This document shows positions 39,227-49,700 of a stretch of 64,000 nucleotides of DNA, piece by piece. The notes under the pieces are model-generated. The model was given only the letters and a program-made list of their open reading frames with translations. It did no database searches and had not been told where the DNA came from. Each line of letters opens with the position of its first letter. The first letter of the stretch is position 1. This stretch comes from Phaeosaccion multiseriatum (taxonomy: Eukaryota; Protista; Ochrophyta, other classes): positions 3,348,001-3,412,000 of the forward strand of contig OZ218958.1 in assembly GCA_965112735.1 (NCBI GenBank), written 5' to 3'. Made by a program: the position numbers and the translations under genes.

Positions 39227-40055
39227 AGAGAAGCTCCTCCCGCTCCTCCTCCTCGAAGGCCCCCTGCAGGCCCCCGCCCGTCACCACCCCGCCCTGTATC
39301 ACCAACTACTGCAGCTGCTGCTGTAGCTCCTGGTGATGACGCAGACAGGACACCAGCCACAGGCGCTTGCTCAGCGGACTCAGGCTTGAGACGTTGGCCC
39401 TCCTCCGATACCCCGGCTGTCGAAGCTCTCCCTCCCTCTCCTCCTCCTCCTCCTCCTCCTCTTCCTCCACCTCCACCTCCACATCCTCCTCCACCACCAC
39501 CACCACCACCTCCTCCTCCTCCTCCTCCTCCTCCTCCTCCTCCTCCTCCTCCTCCACTACCTCCTCCTCCTCCTCCTCCTCCTCCTGCTGTGCCAAACTG
39601 CAGGAGGGAGGCCTCGGCCTCGGCGGCGGCAGCAGCAGCCTGCAGCGGCCTGCTAACATCCACCAGCCACTCCAACAAGGCCAGGCCTTGCCCCCAGCCC
39701 ACCGTATCTGTCCGCCTCATCACCTCCTTGCAGTGCCAAGCCGCTCTCTGCGCCGCCCCGCTGCCCGTCTCGTTGGCCGCCCTCAGCGGTAGCAGCCCCA
39801 CATTGTGGGGAAAGCTCATAAGCCCGCGTAGCACCAACGCTCGCAAGGGCCGCAGGGAGCCGCACGTCGCAGAGCCGGAGCCTTTGGAGCTGCCAACGCT
39901 GTCGGGCAGGGGTGGTGTGGACACGTTGACTGACTGACTTCCCTTTCCCCTCGCCACTTCGCTTGTCTGGCACACCCCCCCCTCTCCTTCTCTTGGCACC
40001 GTTATTCGACACCTTGTCGGAGAAGGCCGCAGCATCTTCCATACCCCCTCCTCCC
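38704..40055 (-). pseudogene. NRDE2 3'-end fragment, copy 2
   Basis: Same shared lesions as copy 1. Confidence 0.9.
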
Positions 40056-42640
40056 TCCTCTCCTCCTCCTCCTCCTCCTCCTCCTCCTTCTTCTTCTTCT
40101 TCTTCTTCTTCTTCTTCTTCTTCTTCTTCTTCTTCTTCTTCTTCTTCTTCTTCTTCTTCTTCTTCTTCTTCTTCTTCTTCTCCCCCCCCTCCTCCTCGTG
40201 CTCCTCCACCTCCCCCTCCTCCCCCTCCTCCTCGTGCTCGTCCACCTCCCCCTCCTCCTCCTCCTCCTCCTCCTCCTCCTCCTCCTCCTCCTCCTCCTCC
40301 TCCTCCTCCTCCTCCTCCTCCTTCTCCTCCTCCTCCTCCTCCTCCTCCTCCTAACCCTCCCCCCCCCCGTCCTTCTTCTTCTCCTCCTCGTCCTCCTCCT
40401 CCTCCTCCTCCTAACCCTCCTCCTCCTCCTCCTCCTCCTCCTCCTCCTCCTCCTCCTCCTCCTCCTCTCCCTCTTGCTGCCCCCCTCCCTTCCCTTCGGT
40501 CGCCAGTCCTATGGATAGGAGCCGCAGTAATATGGGAAGCAGCGCCACCAGGAATAGAGAGGCCCTCGTCCTTGACCCAGGTCAGCACGATGTGGCGTGG
40601 CGTATTGGTGGTGCGAGCCATCACACTGAGCGGCGACTTGGTGGGAAGCGTCGCCATCCCGAGCTGATGTAGAGCGAGCAGGGCGGCTCGAGTCACACAC
40701 ACGCCCAGTTGGGTAGTGGAGAAATAGCCACGCGGGGACTCGAAGTCGAAGCTCCGGAGCTACGCAAGACGGGCAACAAGAAGCAGAAGCAGTCAGTCCA
40801 TTAGTCAGTCAGTCAGTCAGTCAGTCAGTCAGTCAGTCAGTCAGTCAGTCAGTCAGTCACAGGGCTCGCAAGCCAGTGCAGGGGGGCGGGTAGGGAGGCA
40901 GCAGCCAGTCCGAGTGGGCGCGGTTCGCACGCATGCATCTCAACAGTGGAGCGAGCACCAGCCAGAGCCAGAGCCAATGCCCTGCCATCGTCGACCTGTT
41001 GCCTTGCTTGCGCTTGGCCTCTGCGGCTCAGTCCCCCTCCCTCCTCCTCCTCCTCCTCCTCCTCCTCCTCCTCCTCCCCCTCCTCCTCCTCCTCCTCCTC
41101 CTCCTCCTTCTCCTCCTCCTCCTCCCTTCGCTGCTACCTGCATGAGAGCCTCTCCAGGAGCTATGCCTGGGCGGCGCTGTGCAAGATAGCGCGCCCCCCT
41201 CACGCTCGTGCTTGTGGTGGTGTGGATGGGTATGACGATGGTGATACGCGGCCCATTGAACGCTACCTCCGCCAAGTCAGCTTCTGTGGCTTGGCGTAGG
41301 GTGTACGAAGCAGCCTCCTCGTGCTGTACCACCAACTGCTGATGCTGATGCTGGTGTGCCTCCTGCACCATGAGGACTATCTCCTGCGGTTGTTGGATGG
41401 AGCACTGGGAAGAGTAGCCCAGCGCACACGTGCGGGAGAGCATGACATGCACTGCCATCGTCCACAGCACGCCACAGTTCGAAGCAAGGCAGTAGGTGCG
41501 GAAGGCAAAGAGGGAAGTGAAGTCCATGAGATCGTGACGAGGCAGGCAGGAATCAAATGAGCCAGCAACGGGTCCTATTCTTTACTGGAGACATGAGCCT
41601 GCCTAGCTTGGCGCTGCGCTTACTGCTTACCGCGCTGGCTGAAGAAAGAAGTGAGCGCATCCTTCGCCACTCCGCACACTGCGCGTTTTCGTACTTCACG
41701 CTTCCATGAGCTTTGCCATTCGGCAGGGGGCAGAGTAGGCAGTTCCCCAAAGCGATGCTTCCACTCTGATTGCCACCGAGGGCAATTTTCGTCCTCCTCC
41801 TCATCGCTAGTAGGGGGCTCAGCCTCAGTGTTCCCCCCCGCTCTCAAATCGCTATTAATTCTGGCTATCGTGTTCAAAGCGCAGTCCTTCTTATTCAAAG
41901 AAGGCGGGGGTTGGTGGACCAAACAAGCAGGAGTACGCTTATAAGGAACTGCCGTACCTGCTGCTGGCTGAGTCTCGCTAGTTGCTAAGGCTTGGGGAGG
42001 GCGCACCGTCGCGCAAGGAAATGAAAGGAAGGAATTTGAGACCAGGCACAAAGTAATCACACCGCACAGAGTATCTAGCCACCCCCCCCCCCTCTCTCTC
42101 TTCTACTCTCATAGGTACCTGCGGAGCTTCTTCTTCAAAGTACAGATCTTCTCTCTACCGAGGGAAAGCCACACATTTCTGACACATTCAGCTCTCATCC
42201 CAACAGAACAGCAGGAATGACCCGACCCAGCACGCGCAGCAGCAGCTCCCACATGGCTTGGCTCCGCCTCTCTCCACTTTATCCCCTACATACTATTTAC
42301 AACATGTCGCTGAAGTTAGGGTCTAGTCGCTGAAGTGAGGGGGATTTGGGGAAATATAGGAAACCTAAAAATGGCAGGTTGTATTTTATTTTACGAGGCC
42401 CCCGAAGAAGTATCAAGTATCAAGAGTGATGATGTAAGAAAGGGGCCCCTGGACTTGATTATGGTATGCGCGGACTGACTTGATTATGGTATGCGCGGAG
42501 CGGACGAATTTGAGCAATCAGGTCTGGCGCCGGCCATAATTAATAATCAGGCCTGGAAAGGAAGACGTCCAGGTTCACTTCCACTTTCCGTTTCCGTTTC
42601 TTGACCACCCAGACACACACACACACCTATCTCCACCGGC

Positions 42641-43565
42641 ATCACTGCAGCAGGTCCCGCCACAGCCTGAGGCCCCTGTCCTGCATGATGGACTGCTTCA
42701 TCACTGCAGCAGGTCCCGCCACAGCCTGAGGCCCCTGTCCTGCATGATGGAGAGAAGCTCCTCCCGCTCCTCCTCCTCGAAGGCCCCCTGCAGGCCCCCG
42801 CCCGTCACCACCCCGCCCTGTATCACCAACTACTGCAGCTGCTGCTGTAGCTCCTGGTGATGACGCAGACAGGACACCAGCCACAGGCGCTTGCTCAGCG
42901 GACTCAGGCTTGAGACGTTGGCCCTCGTCCTCCGATACCCCGGCTGTCGAAGCTCTCCCTCCCTCTCCTCCTCCTCCTCCTCCTCCTCCTCCTCTTCCTC
43001 CACCTCCACCTCCTCCTCCTCCTCCACCACCACCACCACCTCCTCCTCCTCCTCCTCCTCCTCCTCCACTACCTCCTCCTCCTCCTCCTCCTCCTCCTGC
43101 TGTGCCAAACTGCAGGAGGGAGGCCTCGGCCTCGGCGGCGGCAGCAGCAGCCTGCAGCGGCCTGCTAACATCCACCAGCCACTCCAACAAGGCCAGGCCT
43201 TGCCCCCAGCCCACCGTATCTGTCCGCCTCATCACCTCCTTGCAGTGCCAAGCCGCTCTCTGCGCCGCCCCGCTGCCCGTCTCGTTGGCCGCCCTCAGTG
43301 CTAGCAGCCCGACACTGTGCGGAAAGCTTGTAAGCCCGCGTAGCACCAACGCTCGCAAGGGCCGCAGGGAGCCGCACGTCGCAGAGCCGGAGCCTTTGGA
43401 GCTGCCAACGCTGTCGGGCAGGGGTGGTGTGGACACGTTGACTGACTGACTTCCCTTTCCCCTCGCCACTTCGCTTGTCTGGCACACCCCCCCCTCTCCT
43501 TCTCTTGGCACCGTTATTCGTCACCTTGTCGGAGAAGGCCGCAGCATCTTCCATACCCCCTCCTC
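42641..43565 (-). pseudogene. NRDE2 3'-end fragment, copy 3
   Basis: Same shared lesions as copies 1 and 2. Confidence 0.9.
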
Positions 43566-43663
43566 CCTCCTCTCCTCCTCCTCCTCCTCCTCCTCCTTCT
43601 TCTTCTTCTTCTTCTTCTTCTTCTTCTTCTTCTTCTTCTTCTTCTTCTTCTTCTTCTTCTTCT

Positions 43664-43698
<35 letters not shown>

Positions 43699-46133
43699 TC
43701 CCCCCCCTCCTCCTCGTGCTCCTCCACCTCCCCCTCCTCCCCCTCCTCCTCGTGCTCGTCCACCTCCCCCTCCTCCTCCTCCTCCTCCTCCTCCTCCTCC
43801 TTCTCCTCCTCCTCCTCCTCCTCCTCCTCCTAACCCTCCCCCCCCCCGTCCTTCTTCTTCTCCTCCTCGTCCTCCTCCTCCTCCTCCTCCTCCTAACCCT
43901 CCTCCTCCTCCTCCTCCTCCTCCTCCTCCTCCTCCTCCTCCTCCTCCTCCTCCTCCTCCTCCTCCTCCTCTTCTTCCTCCTCCTCCTCCTCCTCCTCCTC
44001 CTCCTCCTCCTCCTCCTCCTCCTCGTCCTCGTCCTCGTCCTCCTCCTCCTCCTCCTCCTCCTCCTCTTCCTCTCCCTCTTGCTGCCCCCCTCCCTTCCCT
44101 TCGGTCGCCAGTCCTATGGATAGGAGCCGCAGTAATATGGGAAGCAGCGCCACCAGGAATAGAGAGGCCCTCGTCCTTGACCCAGGTCAGCACGATGTGG
44201 CGTGGCGTATTGGTGGTGCGAGCCATCACACTGAGCGGCGACTTGGTGGGAAGCGTCGCCATCCCGAGCTGATGTAGAGCGAGCAGGGCGGCTCGAGTCA
44301 CACACACGCCCAGTTGAGTAGTGGAGAAATAGCCACGCGGGGACTCGAAGTCGAAGCTCCGGAGCTACGCAAGACGAGCAACAAGAAGCAGTCCAGTAGT
44401 CAGTCAGTCGGTCAGTCAGTCGCAGAGCTCGCAAGCCAGTGCAGGGGGGCGGGTAGGGAGGCAGCAGCCAGTCCAAGTGGGCGCGGCTCGCACGCATGCA
44501 TTTCAACAGTGGAGCGAGCACCAGCCAGAGCCAGAGCCAATGTCCTGCCATCGTCGACCTGTTGCCTTGCTTGCGCTTGGCCTCTGCGGCTCAGTCCACT
44601 TCCTCCTTGAGCGAGCACCAGCCAGAGCCAGAGCCAATGTCCTGCCATCGTCGACCTGTTGCCTTGCTTGCGCTTGGCCTCTGCGGCTCAGTCCACCTTC
44701 CTCCTCCTCCTCCTCCTCCTCCTCCTCCTCCTCCCCCTCCTCCTCCTCCTCCTCCTCCTTCTCCTCCTCCTCCTCCCTTCGCTGCTACCTGCATGAGAGC
44801 CTCTCCAGGAGCTATGCCTGGGCGGCGCTGTGCAAGATAGCGCGCCCCCCTCACGCTCGTGCTTGTGGTGGTGTGGATGGGTATGACGATGGTGATACGC
44901 GGCCCATTGAACGCTACCTCCGCCAAGTCAGCTTCTGTGGCTTGGCGTAGGGTGTACGAAGCAGCCTCCTCGTGCTGTACCACCAACTGCTGATGCTGAT
45001 GCTGGTGTGCCTCCTGCACCATGAGGACTATCTCCTGCGGTTGTTGGATGGAGCACTGGGAAGAGTAGCCCAGCGCACACGTGCGGGAGAGCATGACATG
45101 CACTGCCATCGTCCACAGCACGCCACAGTTCGAAGCAAGGCAGTAGGTGCGGAAGGCAAAGAGGGAAGTGAAGTCCATGAGATCGTGACGAGGCAGGCAG
45201 GAATCAAATGAGCCAGCAACGGGTCCTATTCTTTACTGGAGACATGAGCCTGCCTAGCTTGGCGCTGCGCTTACTGCTTACCGCGCTGGCTGAAGAAGGA
45301 AGCGAGCGCATCCTTCGCCACTCCGCACACTGCGCGTTTTTGTACTTCACGCTTCCATGAGCTTTGCCATGCGGCAGGGGGTAGAGTAGGCAGTGGCCCA
45401 AAGCACTGCTTCCACTCTGATTGCCACCGAGGGCCATTTTCTTCCTCCTCCTCATCGGTGGTTGGGGGCTCAGCCTCAGTTTTCCCACCTGCTCTCAAAT
45501 CGCTCACAATTCGGGCTGCTCAGACAGCCAGCAGTCCTTCTTATTCAAAGAAGGAGGGGGGTGGTGGACCAAACAAGCAGGAGTACGCTTATAAGGAACT
45601 GCTGGTACCTGCTGCTGGCTGAGTCTCGCAAGTAGCGAAGGCTTGGGCAGAGCGAACCGTCGCCCAAGGAAATGAAAGGAAGATGCAGTCTGAGACCGGG
45701 CACAAAGCAATCACACCGCACAGAGGATCTAAACCCCCCCCCCTCTCTCTCTGCTACTCTCATAGGTACCTGCGGAGCTTCTTTCTTCAAAGACTGATCT
45801 TCTCTCCTCTAACGAGGGAGAGGAGCCAGCCATGCAGTAGGAATGACACGTTCGGCTCTCATCCCAACAGAACAGCAGGAATGACCCGACCCAGCACGCG
45901 CAGCAGCAGATCCCACATGCCTTGGCTCCGCCCTCTCTCCACTTTGTCACCCTAGATACCATTTTTACAGATGGTCTGAGTAGGGGGTTTCGGAGGGGGA
46001 ACCTTTGACATACAGGAAACTTTAAAAGAATAGAAGGGAGAGGGGTCCAGCCAGCCAGCCATACATTGTATCGGTTCCAACCTCATGCGGTTCTTGGGGT
46101 TTTCGGTGAGTGTGGGCTTATGAGCCAACATCT

Positions 46134-46222
46134 CGGGCCTGGACTTGATAATGGTATGCGCGGACCAATTTGAGAAATAAATAATCAGGTTTGGTGCCGG
46201 CCATAATCAATAATCAGGCCTG
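46134..46222. mobile_element. ~90-bp element with imperfect terminal inverted repeats (MITE-like relic); copies at ~34805-34891, 38518-38604, 42443-42554
   Basis: Left end C(G)GGCCTGGACTTGAT(A/T)ATGG; right end CCATAATCAATAATCAGGCCTG (reverse complement CAGGCCTGATTATTGATTATGG). Confidence 0.45.
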
Positions 46223-46224
46223 AT

Positions 46225-46375
46225 ATATAAAAAAAGAAGGGAAAGGAAAACTTCCTTTTTATATATATATATATACACTACAGGCGTGATTCGTGCTTCT
46301 CGGCGCCCTCCCTCAGAATCACGTCAGGGGTCGAGTCCAGGGCCGATCAACGACACAAGCAACCACAACCCACAA

Positions 46376-46426
<51 letters not shown>

Positions 46427-46545
46427 TTTATATACATATATTTATATACATATATATATATTATTTATATGTATATGTACATTTATATAATATATATATA
46501 TATATATGTTTTAAAATTTTTTTTTTTTTTTTTTTATGTATGACC
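46225..46545. repeat. AT-rich island with (TA)n and poly-T
   Basis: (TA)n runs at 46260-46275 and 46384-46507, poly-T at ~46517-46536, contrasting with the GC-rich surroundings. Confidence 0.9.
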
Positions 46546-46741
46546 TTAATGATTGAATGATTGAGTGTCGGAGGAGTGGATCGTAGCGTGATTTGGTTGT
46601 GTTGGAGGTGATGGAGGGGTGGTGCAGCGTTGTGGAAGGTCGGGAGCCAACAGGAAGGGAGGAACGTCCAGGTTCACTTTCAATTTCCGTTTACTCAACT
46701 TACTCAAAGTCACCTTCTGGCATGTTAGTGCTTACATTTCA

Positions 46742-49700
46742 TCACTGCAGCAGATCCCGCCACAGCCTGAGGCCCCTGTCCTGCATGATGGAGAGAAGCT
46801 CCTCCCGCTCCTCCTCCTCGAAGGCCCCCTGCAGGCCCCCGCCCGTCACCACCCCGCCCTGTATCACCAACTGCTGCAGCTGCTGCTGCGGCTCCTGGTG
46901 ATGACGCAGGCAGGACACCAGCCACAGGCGCTTGCTCAGCGGGCAGGCGTGCACGGCCCGAGTAAAGAGGCGCTTGGCCAGTGCATAGTGCCCCTGCAGC
47001 ATCTCCAGCCCAATGTAGAGCCGCCACAGCAGGGGAGAGCGCCGCCCCGACGGGTGCGACACGGCCGCTTCGAGCCGGGCACACGTCTGCCGAAGGGCTA
47101 GGGCAGCGGCCTCTGGCTTGAGGCGTTGGCCCTCCTCCGATACCCCGGCTGTCGAAGCTCCCCCTCCCTCTCCTCCTCCTCCTCCTCCTCCTCCACTACC
47201 TCCACCCCCTCCTCCTCCTCCTGCTGTGCCAAACTGCAGGAGGGAGGCCTCGGCCTCGGCGGCGGCAGCAGCAGCCTGCAGCGGCCTGCTAACATCCACC
47301 AGCCACTCCAACAAGGCCGGGCCTTGCCCCCAGCCCACCGTATCTGTCCGCCTCATCACCTCCTTGCAGTGCCAAGCCGCTCTCTGCGCCGCCCCGCTGC
47401 CCGTCTCGTTGGCCGCCCTCAGCGCTAGCAGCCCCACACTGTGCGGAAAGCTTGTAAGCCCGCGTAGCACCAACGCTCGCAAGGGCCGCAGGGAGCCGCA
47501 CGTCGCAGAGCCGGAGCCTTTGGAGCTGCCAACGCTGTCGGGCAGGGGTAGTGTGGACACGTTGACTGACTTCCCTTTCCCCTCGCCACTTCGCTTGTCT
47601 GGCACACCCCCCCCTCTCCTTCTCTTGGCACCATTCCCTGTCGCCTTGTCGTAGAAGGCCGCAGCATCTTCCATACCCCCTCCTCCTCCTCTTCCTCCTC
47701 CTCCCCAGAGCTGATGTGCACACAGCAGCTCTACCATGAGCATCAGCAGGTGCTCCCTGGCGACACTGATCTTTAACAACCCGCCGCTGGTCCCGGCCAC
47801 CCTCCACCGGTAAGCTTGGTACTGGCCGTGCCGCCGCACCTCCTCGGCTTCTTCCCCCTCCTCACGCTGCTGCTGTACTGCAGGGCCGCTGGTGAAGCTG
47901 CTGCCCATATGCCTGCTACTGCTACTACTGCTGCTTCCACGCGAGCCCCCCCCCCCCGCTGCTGCTGCTGCCCTCCGCCCCTCCTCGGCCTGCACGTCCG
48001 CTGCCATCTCCAGCCCGTCGAGGCTCTGGCGGAAAGCCTCTTGCGCCGCCTCCACCCCTCCCTCGGTGAGCAGCGCCAGCCACGCCCGCGCGGCGCCGAA
48101 GTACACCACAGGCGGGCAGCAGTCCAGTGACACACATACGCCTCCGGAGTCACTTGCGTTGCCATCATCGACCTCGCCGCTAGTGCCCTCGTTGGTCAAG
48201 GAGCCGAGCTCTCTTGCAATGTGGCCATCGAGGAGAACGGCCGCCTCTGCCAGTCGCCGCCGCAGCGCAGTCGGTGATGCAGCAGTTGGTGATACGGCGG
48301 TAGAGGCCTCTGCGTAGTCTGTGTAGGTGCCCTCTGCAAAGCAAGCAAGGGCGTGCATCGCCTCTGAGGCAGCGGTCGCTTGGTGCGAGGGGCCATCCTC
48401 CTCCTCACCGTGACCATTGCCTCTCCACGCCAGCAGTGCCCGTACTCGTGGCTCACACGACAAGCGACCGCTGCTGCTGCCCATATGACTGCGGCTGCCG
48501 TGTAGCCCCGCCAAGGCGCCTACGAGCCCACCCCCGCCGCCCCACGGAGCGAGAGGCAACCCCGCCTGCAGCCGAAACAGCTCCCAAAAGAGCGGGGCGG
48601 TCTGACGAGGGCCCCTGAGACTTGCGGGCAGCTGCCGAGCCGTGGTCAGGGCCCTCACCGCCACTCTTAGCGCCTTGCCCTCGCACTTGAGGAGCGCCTC
48701 AAACTGCACGTAGGCAAGCCACAGTTTCAGGTCGGTGGCGCTCTCTGCCGAGGCCTCGAGCATGGCCTGAGCCACGCGCCTTGCCCTCTCGCAAGCGTGC
48801 CTGCGCTGCGCTTTCAAAGCCTTGTCCTCTCTTTTCTTCTGTGCCTTGGCCGCTGCCGCCGCCGCCGCCGCTGCTGCTGCTGCTGCTGCTGCTGCTGCCG
48901 TTGATGCTGTTGATGTATCGCCAACTGCCTCTTCCTCCGGTGTGCTGCTTCCAATCCCTACCCGTGCGGGCTTCTCCTCCTTCCCTTTCCCTTGGGTGGT
49001 GACCGCCATGGCCACATGTGCCTCCAAGAGCATGTGCGCACACTGCAACTGCACTTTAAAGTCTTGCCACTCCCGCCTCTCCTTCTCCCCCTCGCGCCCT
49101 GTCCTGCCTCCTCCTCCTCCCGCCTGTACCTTGCCGGACCCCTTCGGTGCCGTACATGGGTCTACTTGTTCCACCTTCACATCTGCCTTTGCCTTTGTCT
49201 TTGCCGTATCGGAGGCGTCAGAGGCGTCAAAGGCATGAGGGGAGGGGATGGAGGCGATCATCTGCCGCAGCGAGTTACGCGCGAAGCTCAGGCGGGAGGG
49301 GTCCTCCAACAACGCGTCAGAGACGGTGACGAGCTGCCTTGCAGCCGTTACTTCGGACCATGCTGCTCCGAGTGACGCCTGCCGCCGCGTTACCCCATGT
49401 GCCCACCCCGCTGTTCCTGCTCCACTTCCTGTCGCCGCCGCCGCCGCCGCCGCCGCCCCCCCGCAAGGGGACGGGGACGACAAGAGAGCTTCAAAGATTG
49501 ACACAGCTGCAGCACCTTCCACTGAGCCGTGTGCCCTCCCTCCTCCTTCTCCTTCTCCTCCTCCTCCTCCTCCTCCTGGCCTCGCCCAGGTCCTAAAGCA
49601 CCTCTTCTCCATGTTAAGCTCAAGGCAGTCGAGGGGCATTGGGTGGTGCGAGGGCAGCGCACGGGGAAAGGAAAGCCCAACCACGCCCAACAGCTGCAGC

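Larger units (their letters stand above)
31990..46230. repeat. Tandem segmental array of ~3.5-3.9-kb units (4 copies of block A interleaved with 3 copies of the NRDE2 3' end)
   Basis: Anchor GTCGCCAGTCCTATGGATAGG at ~32737, 36575, 40499, 44104. Anchor CTGGACTTGAT(T/A)ATGG at ~34810, 38523, 42449, 46139. Unit junctions lie inside (CCT)n/(CTT)n tracts. Confidence 0.95.

Noticed and set aside
31990-46230. Autonomous transposon, retroelement or provirus as the array unit
   Set aside because: No transposase, Rep/helicase, RT, integrase or capsid motifs are recognisable in any frame. The structure fits tandem duplication of adjacent host DNA.
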